Origin: Clostridiaceae bacterium
GTDB taxonomy: Bacteria > Bacillota > Clostridia > Saccharofermentanales > UBA5734
Direction of reading: 5' to 3'
DNA length: 51,339 nucleotides
Assembly (NCBI GenBank): GCA_012520975.1
Contig: JAAYNF010000019.1
Location: forward strand, 1-51,339
Below, piece after piece: positions 9,923 to 19,073 of this stretch (its first letter is position 1; each line of letters begins with the position of its first letter). A program made the position numbers and the translations under genes. Below the pieces are notes generated by a model that was not told the DNA's origin, did not search any database, and saw only the letters and a list, made by a program, of their open reading frames with translations.

Positions 9923-10936
9923 TCAGTTTGTTCCGGATGCCGCGGATGTCTGATATCGCGCACTTTTGCCGTAACGGACGACCTGCAGTCTGATCTGATC
10001 GGCTTCGGCACGGTTGATCAGATCGGCAACAATCGTGTCCCAAAACGGCTTTGAACTGTTGGCAGGAATGATCACGATCAGGCGTTTTTGAGAAATCATG
10101 CCGGCATTTATTTGAATGTCCACATCCTTTTTCCGGTATGAGGCACCGGAAAATTCGGCCAGCCGCCCGATCATCCGTTCCAGATGTTGTTCCGTATACC
10201 GCTGATTTTGATAGGTCGGGGCGGTCAGGTCGATGCTCTTAATCATCACCGCTTCACCTTGCTCAAAGCGTGCAATCACCGGAAAATCATCCGGAAGATT
10301 AGCGCCAAAAAGGGTGCGAAAGCGTTTCCCGCGACTGAAATTATCCAACATCCAAATTTCAGAGGCCTCTGCATCATTTGTTTCTTCCTGACGCCCCAAC
10401 CACAATGGAACAACCGACCACGTCGATTTTTCGAATGTCATGATCGGTGTTTTTAACTTATAAGACAAACACAACCAAAGTTGATTTTTTTTAAGCTTCC
10501 AGTCGAGAAAGAGTTTTCGTTCACCGACACGCGCGCATAATTCCCGCCTGTCCCCCATCAATCGGGTCAGCCAATCGTTCAAACGACGGTGAATTGCCGG
10601 TCCGGCCAAAGCGGTTGAAGTGAAATCCAATGTAAGATCTGCCAACAGTCCTTCGCCTTTCAGATCCTGCCAAATAGCGGATAATTCCTGCTCGGTTTGT
10701 GCTTCTATCGGAAGATCCCGCTCGCCGGCCGACACAGAGAAGATATCGTGCAAGCGTCCCGCCGGTGTGAGCAATGCCAATTCGGCAGCCGTACGATCCA
10801 ACGCTCCTTTTATTATGATTTCGGCCTCGATGCACCGGATGCCAACAATCATGCTGGCGGTCAACAGCAGAATAAAAGGCATAACCACGGCGGCTTCCAA
10901 GCTAAGCCCCCCTCGTTTATTGCCGGGGTACTTCAT
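9923..10936 (-). CDS. TadE-like minor pilin with C-terminal CdiA-CT(EC869)-like nuclease-fold domain
   Basis: KRG|GLSLEAAVVMP prepilin motif (E+5) plus TM; C-terminal LPDDFPVIARF..GEAVMIKSIDL..MISQKRLIVIIPAN; ATGA overlap with the upstream gene. Confidence 0.75.
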   Translation of the reverse strand: MKYPGNKRGGLSLEAAVVMPFILLLTASMIVGIRCIEAEIIIKGALDRTAAELALLTPAGRLHDIFSVSAGERDLPIEAQTEQELSAIWQDLKGEGLLADLTLDFTSTALAGPAIHRRLNDWLTRLMGDRRELCARVGERKLFLDWKLKKNQLWLCLSYKLKTPIMTFEKSTWSVVPLWLGRQEETNDAEASEIWMLDNFSRGKRFRTLFGANLPDDFPVIARFEQGEAVMIKSIDLTAPTYQNQRYTEQHLERMIGRLAEFSGASYRKKDVDIQINAGMISQKRLIVIIPANSSKPFWDTIVADLINRAEADQIRLQVVRYGKSARYQTSAASGTN

Positions 10937-12357
10937 TGGTATGACCCGCAAAGCCGGTACTCTTTGTGTCGGAACTTGGTCGAGACCCAAAGTCCGGTAT
11001 AGCTTGTCTCGGGAAACATGCGATTGATCAACCGACCGATTCGTTCCAAAAGCGTGGCCCGAGGAATTAATAAAAGCATCAGCCGTAAATAATCCAGATA
11101 ATAAAGACCGACTTGGGTCGAGGATTTCCCCGGCCAGATGGCCACGGAACGACCGGCCTTCAGCTCGGCATAATCAGACATACCGCCATGGATTGCTTTT
11201 CCCATGATCAAAAGAATGAGGATCAAATTTGGATCGATGGCCGCCGCACCCGAACTCAACACCAATAACGACGCGGAGATGGTGGCAGCGGCGGATTGTA
11301 ATTCTTGATACTGCTTCGAATCGGTCAGTATCCTGAGCAAATGAATGGCGATTCTTAGTCCGGTCAGCAAGGTTTTTGCGGCTGTTCCGGCTGATTTGGG
11401 ATTGTCTTTACCGGTCAGAATTTGTTCAACTTCCAATTGACGATCGGCAGGAAATGAGTAGAAAGTCTTGCCCGTCAACGTTTTAATCGCCCTTTGATCC
11501 ATATAATCAACTCCTGAGCGAAAATAACCCGCTATATACTCAATCAAGCACAATTTTTCATAGACAGGAACCGTATTAAACGTAACGAGCTGATCCAAAG
11601 TATCCCCTAGGCGCGTTAACGTAACGGGGTCAAGCCAACCGGATTTTTGCACCGCCGCGTCGATCGTGTCTGAATTTTTGCATCCGGCATATTCAACAGC
11701 GTACCGTCGATAGGTATGTTCCGCTTGGGCAACGATTTTGTTTTCCAAATCCTTGGCGTCTTGCCCAAATACGTAACCAGCTGCTTCTCGCAGTTCCTGA
11801 ACCGGCAAATCAGCAAAAATTTGTCTGAACAGATCGGAAAAACCTTTTTCACCCAACGTATCAATGACCATCTTCCCTCCTAAATCCGGTTTTTGTTCCG
11901 CCGGCAGTGCGCTGGTGGTCTTCAACGCTTGATTGAGGGGGATCAACATACCCTCACGGCTGTCGGAAATCCGTGTTAACAACGTTTGCACATAAACCGC
12001 TGGCAAACGTCCCTTCATATGCCGAATGATCTGATGGCCAAGAACATCCGGTTGACTTAATGGGGAAACCGGCATGACAACTGGTTCAAGATTTCGCAAA
12101 GAAGGTGGCAAAATGGAACTAAAAACAGTGGAATCCACACCATCGGCGGAGAAAGCAAACAAGCCGAATTCAAGGAGGTTCCGCTCATAGTTAGCCAAAC
12201 TGGAGGCAATGAGCGCGTCCAACGCCCGTACCACGGCATGTTCCGCTGCTCGTATTTGTGCCGCTTGGGCCAATGTGCCGATAAGAAGGATTACAGCGCT
12301 CAGAACCAAACATAAAAAAACAGATAATCCGCCACGTTTAGACAAATGTCCACTCAT
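10933..12357 (-). CDS. TadG-like pilus protein (DUF5702-like)
   Basis: KRG|GLSVFLCLVL N-terminus, SLANYERNLLEFGLFA, EYIAGYF, EVEQILTGK, YLDYLRLMLL. Confidence 0.75.
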   Translation of the reverse strand: MSGHLSKRGGLSVFLCLVLSAVILLIGTLAQAAQIRAAEHAVVRALDALIASSLANYERNLLEFGLFAFSADGVDSTVFSSILPPSLRNLEPVVMPVSPLSQPDVLGHQIIRHMKGRLPAVYVQTLLTRISDSREGMLIPLNQALKTTSALPAEQKPDLGGKMVIDTLGEKGFSDLFRQIFADLPVQELREAAGYVFGQDAKDLENKIVAQAEHTYRRYAVEYAGCKNSDTIDAAVQKSGWLDPVTLTRLGDTLDQLVTFNTVPVYEKLCLIEYIAGYFRSGVDYMDQRAIKTLTGKTFYSFPADRQLEVEQILTGKDNPKSAGTAAKTLLTGLRIAIHLLRILTDSKQYQELQSAAATISASLLVLSSGAAAIDPNLILILLIMGKAIHGGMSDYAELKAGRSVAIWPGKSSTQVGLYYLDYLRLMLLLIPRATLLERIGRLINRMFPETSYTGLWVSTKFRHKEYRLCGSYQ

Positions 12358-12668
12358 GGTTCCGCTACCCTTTCACCGGATTGTCCTGAAAAAGACGAGA
12401 GCAGCAGACGGCCATCGTCAACAATCAAATCGACGATTTCAATAAGGTTTTGCGGCGACGTAATCAAGCACATGGTCCGCCTTGAACCGATCCCTATCGT
12501 TTGCACATGGTAAAGGCGGTCCCGGCGGTTGGCATCTTTTAGTGCCCGGACCTCCAACCGAGTCGATTGACGCACATCGACATAGGCCGGCAAAGCGGTC
12601 TGCGCGAAACCCAACCAAGTGCCTATTACCAATGGAACCACCAGAGCCGCTTCCAGAGAAAAAGCCAT
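12354..12668 (-). CDS. Small TadE-like pilin
   Basis: MAFSLEAALVVP hydrophobic pilin helix; GGAGGT RBS; C-terminal SPQNLIEIVDL; ATGA overlap with the next gene. Confidence 0.65.
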   Translation of the reverse strand: MAFSLEAALVVPLVIGTWLGFAQTALPAYVDVRQSTRLEVRALKDANRRDRLYHVQTIGIGSRRTMCLITSPQNLIEIVDLIVDDGRLLLSSFSGQSGERVAEP

Positions 12669-12746
12669 AAAAACACCTCCCGGCTTATGTTAGCGGTCAG
12701 GTGTTCAGAATGACTTTCCAATCAGGCAACAAAATTCGTCAAGTGC

Positions 12747-13475
12747 TTAATGCGGCAATACTTTGGACAGAAACTCCCGGGTCCTTTTGTGCCTCGGCCG
12801 GTCAAAAAGCTCTTCCGGCGGCGCATCTTCCAGAATGACGCCCTCATCCATAAACCAAACACGACTGGCAACCTTTCTGGCAAATCCCATCTCGTGTGTG
12901 ACAACCAGCATGGTCATCCCGTCATCCGCCAGCTCCTGCATGACATCCAGCACCTCACCGACCATTTCCGGATCAAGAGCCGATGTGGGCTCGTCAAAAA
13001 GCATGATCTGCGGATTCATGGCCAGCGCACGGGCAATGGCGATCCTTTGTTTTTGTCCACCGGACAATTTAATTGGGTATTCATCGGCCTTATCACATAA
13101 TCCCACGCGGTTGAGCAACCTCTCGGCTTTCATGTCGGCCTCGGCCGCATTCAAAAGCTTAAGGGTCAGCGGCGCCAGAGTGATGTTTTCTCGAACCGTC
13201 AGGTGCGGAAACAAATTGAAATGCTGGAAAACCATTCCCATTTTTTGTCGAATCTGATTAATATTGCAGTCCGGCCGATTGATCTGCTGATCAAAAATCC
13301 AGATTTCTCCTTCACTGGGCGTATCCAGCAAATTAAGGCACCGCAGCAGGGTGCTTTTTCCCGAACCGGACGGACCGACCACAACAATCTTCTCTCCCAC
13401 CCTGACTCGTGTGTTGATGTTGTTCAACACACGCTTGTCGCCGAAATCTTTGCTCAGCCCCTTAACGGTTATCAC
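12747..13475 (-). CDS. Polar amino acid ABC transporter ATP-binding protein (GlnQ family)
   Basis: [47 protein letters not shown]. Confidence 0.95.
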   Translation of the reverse strand: MITVKGLSKDFGDKRVLNNINTRVRVGEKIVVVGPSGSGKSTLLRCLNLLDTPSEGEIWIFDQQINRPDCNINQIRQKMGMVFQHFNLFPHLTVRENITLAPLTLKLLNAAEADMKAERLLNRVGLCDKADEYPIKLSGGQKQRIAIARALAMNPQIMLFDEPTSALDPEMVGEVLDVMQELADDGMTMLVVTHEMGFARKVASRVWFMDEGVILEDAPPEELFDRPRHKRTREFLSKVLPH

Positions 13476-14313
13476 TTCTGCGCAACCTCCTCTCCAGCAT
13501 ATTCATCAGAACCGTCAAACCCATGACGATCAGGAGGTAAATCAGAGCAACCGCCAACAAGGGCAAAACAGCATCAAAGGTCCGTGAACGAATCAAATCA
13601 CCGGCTCGGGTCAGGTCAATGACCGCTATATAGCCGGCAACCGAGGTCTCCTTCAGCAAAGTGATCAACTCGTTGAACATGGCCGGCAAAACATTTTTGA
13701 CCGCCTGCGGCAAAATGATTTTTCGCATGGTGATCCCGTAGGTCAGGCCGAGAGATCGTCCTGCCTCCATCTGTCCTTGATCGACCGCCAACACACCGGC
13801 TCTGACGATTTCGGCCACATATGCACCGCTGTTAATTCCGAAAGCCAATGCCGCAACGAGGGTCTTTTCAATATTAACCGAAGCGAAAATGACAAAATAG
13901 ATAATTAGCAGCTGAACCAAAACCGGTGTGCCTCGGATGACCGTTACATAAATATCGGCGAAGCGAGTCAGGAAAAATATTCTTCGACCATTGTGGGCCA
14001 GCACCCGTATCATGGCCAGTATCAGGCCTATCACAACACCGAGAAGCGCCGCCAAGATGGTGATGATGAGAGTTTTCCCCAATCCGGAAGCCAACCAGGT
14101 CCAACGGTGATCAACGATAAAATCATTGATAAAATTCGTTCGCAGGGTCTGCAGCAACCCAACGTTTAATCCCAATTGATCCTGAAAAGCCACCAAAAGA
14201 ACGAACATCGCCGTAAGCAAAAGCACGGTCAGGAAAAAGCCGGCATTGCCCTGCTTTTGCGGACGACCGATCACTCGGCCGTCCGCTTGATTTCCGACGG
14301 ATGGATTTTTCAT
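13462..14313 (-). CDS. Polar amino acid ABC transporter permease
   Basis: [42 protein letters not shown]. Confidence 0.95.
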   Translation of the reverse strand: MKNPSVGNQADGRVIGRPQKQGNAGFFLTVLLLTAMFVLLVAFQDQLGLNVGLLQTLRTNFINDFIVDHRWTWLASGLGKTLIITILAALLGVVIGLILAMIRVLAHNGRRIFFLTRFADIYVTVIRGTPVLVQLLIIYFVIFASVNIEKTLVAALAFGINSGAYVAEIVRAGVLAVDQGQMEAGRSLGLTYGITMRKIILPQAVKNVLPAMFNELITLLKETSVAGYIAVIDLTRAGDLIRSRTFDAVLPLLAVALIYLLIVMGLTVLMNMLERRLRRSDNR

Positions 14314-15101
14314 TTTTCAGAGGTTTTTCGAATGACGACGATATTATTAGCGTCAACATAAGGCTCGGAAAAATCCACATTGACCAACCGTTCTTCATTA
14401 ATGGTCATACCGGCTGCAATGGCTTTGATTTTGCCGCTCATCAAGGCAGGTATCAAACTGTCAAAAAGCATGCTTTCGACAACCAGTTCCATATCAAGAT
14501 GCTTGGCAACCCGAGCCATGATGTCAATATCAACACCGATAACTTGGTCGCCACTCATGTATTCATAGGGCGGAAAACCCGGTTCGGTTCCGACAACCAA
14601 TTGACCACCGGAAGCGCCGGCATTATAGTCCGGCTGCGATCCTTGTTGGTCAGCGTGAGCCACAAATGAGGCCTGCAAGGAGCCATCCGCATTCATTTCG
14701 GCGATAACCGAATTAATTGCATTTTGCAATTCACGATCGCCTTTTTGCACGGCAACCGCATACTGCTCAGGTTCAAACCCAACGTCCAGTACAACCAGAT
14801 CCTTATTATCCTTTAAAAACGCGTTTGCCGTGTCCACATCCATGATTACACAGTCCACCTTGCGTTGTTTTAAAGCCGAAATAACATCAACATACTGGTT
14901 AAAGCGCTCGACCTTACCGGCGGCGACATCTTCGGAGCCGGCCAGGATGTCACCGGTCGTTCCGCTTTGAACGCCAATGGTTTTACCCTTAAGATCTTCC
15001 ATGTCGCCGATTTTGACGGTATCCGGGCTGGTGCAGGCCACGGCCGACAGCAGAATCAGCAAAGCGGTAAATAAGGTCAACGACTGAATTAACTTTTTCA
15101 T
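14310..15101 (-). CDS. Amino acid ABC transporter substrate-binding lipoprotein, circularly permuted
   Basis: Lipobox AVAC; DLKGKTIGVQSGTTG lobe precedes LVVGTEPGFPPYEY...VDFSEPY lobe. Confidence 0.88.
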   Translation of the reverse strand: MKKLIQSLTLFTALLILLSAVACTSPDTVKIGDMEDLKGKTIGVQSGTTGDILAGSEDVAAGKVERFNQYVDVISALKQRKVDCVIMDVDTANAFLKDNKDLVVLDVGFEPEQYAVAVQKGDRELQNAINSVIAEMNADGSLQASFVAHADQQGSQPDYNAGASGGQLVVGTEPGFPPYEYMSGDQVIGVDIDIMARVAKHLDMELVVESMLFDSLIPALMSGKIKAIAAGMTINEERLVNVDFSEPYVDANNIVVIRKTSEK

Positions 15102-15169
15102 TTTATACACTCCATCTGCTATATTGATATATTGAATGCCTGAACTTGGTAAAGCCAAAGATAAGCAAC

Positions 15170-15207
15170 TGCTAATATTTATACATCATTTTACATCATT
15201 ATTCAAT
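15170..15207 (-). promoter_or_regulatory. Possible tandem ArgR/AhrC boxes
   Basis: ATTGAATAATGATGTAAA and GATGTATAAATATTAGCA, 2 bp apart, partial matches to TGMATWWWWATKCA, upstream of the polar amino acid ABC operon. Confidence 0.35.
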
Positions 15208-15227
15208 TGAATTTCGTAATTGCTCCA

Positions 15228-17648
15228 TTATTCCCGCAAAACAGCTTGGAATTCCTCCTGCAAGGCATTCCTGATCCGCTGCATGATCGGCTGGACATCA
15301 TCTTCTTTCAGCGTTCTGGTGAACGACCGAAAAACCAAATTGTAGGCCAGTGATTTTTTGCCGGACGGAACTTGCGGACCTTGATAGACATCAAACAAAC
15401 GAATGGTTTCCAAGATTTCGCCACCGGCCTCGACAATGGCCGTGCTTAATGCCGCGGCGGTAATTTCAACATCGACGACGATCGCCAAGTCACGTATAAC
15501 CGCGGGAAACTTAGGCAACGGCCGATACTGACGCTCATGGCTGGCAGCCGCCAGCAAAGGGCCGATTTCCAGATCCAGCAATGCCGTGCGAGGCGATACG
15601 GCATAATTGGCCGCCGCCTCGGGATGAATGACGCCAAGCGTTCCGATGGCCTTCCCGTCACTGGTCAAAATGGCGGCTTGCCGACCGGGATGAAGCCACG
15701 GACAGTCGGAAAGCGGAACAAAGGCAAGAGAAGCAAGGCCGAGATGAATGGCCATTTCCTCCACTACGCCCTTCAAACGAAAATATTCACCACCGGATTG
15801 CGGTTCGTTTTCATCGTATAAAAAAGCCCCCAAATGACGTTTCTCAGCCGGCAGTTGGTTCAACGGCAATTGCTCAGGATGATAGACAAAGGCGATTTCA
15901 AAGACGCCCGCCCGGTCGATCGAGCGATTCCAGTTGGTCGATGCCACCTCGAGCAGGCTTGGTGCCAAACTGGTACGCATCATCGAGTAATCTTCGCCCA
16001 GCGGATTTTTGATTTGGATCGACCGTCGCAGCGGATGTGTGGCCGGCACCAACAATTTATCCATTTGTTTCGGGCTTTCGAAAGAATAAGTACAGGCCTC
16101 AAAGAAGCCTTGAGCAATCATTTGATCCTTGATCTTTTCCAAATATTTTTGTTCACGGCTACGGCCGCCCAGCGTTGTCCCTTTGCCGGACAACAAACTA
16201 GGTTCGATGCGGTTGTATCCATAAAGCCGAGCAATCTCCTCTGCCAGATCGGCTTCTATAACCAGATCGGAGCGATAGGAAGGGATCAGTGCCTTGAGTC
16301 CGTGGTCGGAACTGACGGTTTCAATGCCCAATTCCCCAAGCTTGTCCACCATCCAGTCAGAAGCAATGTTTGTTCCCAACAAAGTGTTGATACGTCGGGC
16401 GCTATACACGATGATTCGAGGTTGGGGCCGAACCGGCCAAACATCGATCATGCCCTGACAGACCCGGCCAGCGCCAAGCAGTTCGACCAGCTCACAGGCC
16501 CGCGCCATAGCTCGGGCGGCATTATTGACATCAAGACCTTTTTCAAAACGTATCGATGATTCGGTTCGCAAACCGACATTTTTCGCGGCTTGGCGTACGG
16601 CGGGGGCATGGAAAGTGGCTGATTCGAACAGGATCAGGGAGGTATCCTGGGTAATTTCGCTGTTTTCGGCACCCATGACACCGGCCAGCGCCACCGCACG
16701 ATCACGATCCGCGATAACCAGCATATCCGGTTTTAAATGCCGATCCACGCCGTCCAGCGTCCGCATGACTTCACCTTCATGTGCCCGGCGAGCAATGATC
16801 TGCTGACCGGCCAGTTGGTTTAAATCAAATGCGTGCAGCGGCTGGCCAAGCTCCAGCATGACATAGTTGGTGATATCGACAATGTTGTTAATCGGCCTTA
16901 AGCCGGCGCCACGCAATCGGCGGCGCATCCATTCCGGTGAAGGGCCGACCCGGACATCGCGGATAACATGGCCGCAATATCGATAACAAAGATCCGGCGC
17001 ATCGATTCGAATGTCCGCCAGATCGGCTGATCTTTCCGGACAATCCGCCCGGAAAGCCGGCAGAACAGGTTCGAAAGGCTGCCCGAGTGTAACGGCGGCC
17101 TCTCTTCCCAATCCCTCAACCGAAAAGCAATCCGCCCGGTTGGACGTAATCTCAAAATCAATCACAACATCATCGAGATGAAGAATGGTTTTAATGTCCT
17201 GACCGATCATTGTGTCGGCAGGCAAAACAAAAATCCCATCTGCCGCAGCCGACGGGAAATCAGCCACGTTGCAGCCAAGCTCGGTCACGCTGCACAACAT
17301 GCCTTGGGAAAGCTGGCCGCGAAGCAAGCTGCTGCGAACAACATTGCCGTGGGGTAGCGTCGCTCCGTCCAAGGCAACCGGCACCACCTGTCCGACTCGG
17401 ATGTTTGTGGCCCCGGTGACAATCGTCAAGTGCCCGGAACCGATGTCCACCGTGCAAATTTGCAGTTTGTCGGCGTCCGGATGCTTTTTAATATCCACAA
17501 TTCGGCCGGTGACCACCCCGGTCAGATCCTCACCCACCGACTCGCAGCTCTCTACTTTGGAGCCGCTCATGGTCATCGCTTCGCAAAACTCTTCGGGTTC
17601 AACCTGAATCGTGGTAAAATCATTGAGCCATTCTAGGGGAACTTTCAT
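15228..17648 (-). CDS. pheT: Phenylalanine--tRNA ligase beta subunit
   Basis: KHPDADKLQ, SQGMLCS, EITSNRADC, RPINNIVDITNYVMLELGQPLHAFD, FPAVIRDLA, LFDVYQG. Confidence 0.98.
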   Translation of the reverse strand: MKVPLEWLNDFTTIQVEPEEFCEAMTMSGSKVESCESVGEDLTGVVTGRIVDIKKHPDADKLQICTVDIGSGHLTIVTGATNIRVGQVVPVALDGATLPHGNVVRSSLLRGQLSQGMLCSVTELGCNVADFPSAAADGIFVLPADTMIGQDIKTILHLDDVVIDFEITSNRADCFSVEGLGREAAVTLGQPFEPVLPAFRADCPERSADLADIRIDAPDLCYRYCGHVIRDVRVGPSPEWMRRRLRGAGLRPINNIVDITNYVMLELGQPLHAFDLNQLAGQQIIARRAHEGEVMRTLDGVDRHLKPDMLVIADRDRAVALAGVMGAENSEITQDTSLILFESATFHAPAVRQAAKNVGLRTESSIRFEKGLDVNNAARAMARACELVELLGAGRVCQGMIDVWPVRPQPRIIVYSARRINTLLGTNIASDWMVDKLGELGIETVSSDHGLKALIPSYRSDLVIEADLAEEIARLYGYNRIEPSLLSGKGTTLGGRSREQKYLEKIKDQMIAQGFFEACTYSFESPKQMDKLLVPATHPLRRSIQIKNPLGEDYSMMRTSLAPSLLEVASTNWNRSIDRAGVFEIAFVYHPEQLPLNQLPAEKRHLGAFLYDENEPQSGGEYFRLKGVVEEMAIHLGLASLAFVPLSDCPWLHPGRQAAILTSDGKAIGTLGVIHPEAAANYAVSPRTALLDLEIGPLLAAASHERQYRPLPKFPAVIRDLAIVVDVEITAAALSTAIVEAGGEILETIRLFDVYQGPQVPSGKKSLAYNLVFRSFTRTLKEDDVQPIMQRIRNALQEEFQAVLRE

Positions 17649-17695
17649 GATATATCCTCCTCCTGTCGGATCCTATAGCTAAGAGCCAAGACAAA

Positions 17696-18730
17696 TCAAC
17701 GGAATTGACCGAGAAAGCGAACGTCATTTTCAAAAAAATTACGAATATCATCAATGCCAAATCGTCCCATGGCCGTGCGTTCGACTCCGATTCCAAAGGC
17801 AAATCCACTGTAAACATCGGGATCAATGCCACAATTGGTCAGTACCTCGGGATGAACCATCCCCGCACCCAATACCTCGATCCAACCCTCGTTCTTGCAG
17901 GTTCGACAACCGCTTCCGCCACATGTCCAGCATGAGATGTCGACCTCGCAACTGGGTTCGGTGAACGGAAAATGGTGGGGCCGCAAGCGAATCTCGGTCT
18001 GTTCGCCGAAAAGCTTACGGGCAAAAAGTTGAAGGGATCCGACCAGATCGCCCATGGTTACGCCTTGGTCAACCACCAGCCCTTCGATCTGGTGAAAAAT
18101 CGGCGAATGCGTGGCGTCCGGAGTATCGGAACGATAGACTTTTCCCGGACAGACAATCTTGATCGGCGGTTGATTTTGCTGCATCACGCGAATCTGGACC
18201 GGCGAGGTCTGAGTGCGCAGCAAAATGGCATCCGAGACATAAAAGGTGTCCTGAGTATCACGAGCCGGATGTCCGGGGGGCAGCCGCAGAAGCTCAAAAT
18301 TGTATTTGTCCAGTTCAATTTCCGGGCCCTCGGCAATCGAGTAACCCAAGCCGATAAAGACATCGCAGATCTCGTCGATAATTTGTGTCAGCGGATGGCG
18401 ACAGCCCACAGGGGTCGAGCGGCCGGGCAAGGTAATGTCCAACTTCTCGCTGGCCAGTCGAGCGGCGCTTTCTTTCTTTTCCGCACGCAACCGCGCCGTC
18501 GTCAGTTGTGTCTCCAGATCGGCTCGCACTTGATTGGCCAGTCGCCCGGCCAACGGTCGCTCGTCTGCGGATAAAGCGCCCATGCCTCTGAGAATGGCGG
18601 TCAACTTACCCTTCTTGCCCAGATAGCGAATCCGAAGCTCCTCAACCTGCTGCGTGGAGACAGCCAGATCAATGGCCTGCAAAAACTCCTCCTGTAATTG
18701 CATCAGATCCTGATTTAAATCAACCTTCAT
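17696..18730 (-). CDS. pheS: Phenylalanine--tRNA ligase alpha subunit
   Basis: YLGKKG, HPARDTQDTFY, LRTQTSPVQ, FHQIEGL, FPFTEPS, GFAFGIGVER; true start MKVDL (the longer ORF reads through the T-box). Confidence 0.98.
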   Translation of the reverse strand: MKVDLNQDLMQLQEEFLQAIDLAVSTQQVEELRIRYLGKKGKLTAILRGMGALSADERPLAGRLANQVRADLETQLTTARLRAEKKESAARLASEKLDITLPGRSTPVGCRHPLTQIIDEICDVFIGLGYSIAEGPEIELDKYNFELLRLPPGHPARDTQDTFYVSDAILLRTQTSPVQIRVMQQNQPPIKIVCPGKVYRSDTPDATHSPIFHQIEGLVVDQGVTMGDLVGSLQLFARKLFGEQTEIRLRPHHFPFTEPSCEVDISCWTCGGSGCRTCKNEGWIEVLGAGMVHPEVLTNCGIDPDVYSGFAFGIGVERTAMGRFGIDDIRNFFENDVRFLGQFR

Positions 18731-18764
18731 AACAACACCCTCGATTTTCCGGACCCATGGTCCA

Positions 18765-19013
18765 AAATAAAAAAGCCTCGTCCCAACGGGACGAAACTGT
18801 GTGTTCCGCGGTACCACCCGATTTCCGTAGCAACCGCCACGGCTCTCTGATCGGCTTATAACGCAGCCACCCGTCATCCCCTACTGAGCATTACATATTC
18901 AAGGATGCCGCTCCGGAGTGAACTTCGAACATATCGGTACCGGACGGGCTTGCAGCCAAACGACCCATCCTCTCTGTTGAACCTTAAAATGATCTACTCT
19001 CTCCATCATTGCA
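18765..19013 (-). promoter_or_regulatory. T-box riboswitch (Phe specifier) upstream of pheST
   Basis: GCAATGATGGAGAGAGTAG start, AGAGAG and GCTG elements, GAAG-TTC-ACTCC specifier, T-box AATCGGGTGGTACCGCG, terminator TCGTCCC..GGGACGA followed by a T run. Confidence 0.92.
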
Positions 19014-19023
19014 TTATTCTGAT

Positions 19024-19052
19024 ATAATAGCACCAGTAATCTCGGCTGTAAA
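19024..19052 (-). promoter_or_regulatory. SigA-type promoter of the T-box leader
   Basis: TTTACA-N17-TATTAT with extended TG. Confidence 0.6.
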
Positions 19053-19073
19053 GCCTATTGCAGGCAGGTTGAC

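Noticed and set aside
18731-18877. 49-aa N-terminal extension of PheS in the ORF track
   Set aside because: It is the T-box antiterminator/terminator read in frame; the real start is 18730
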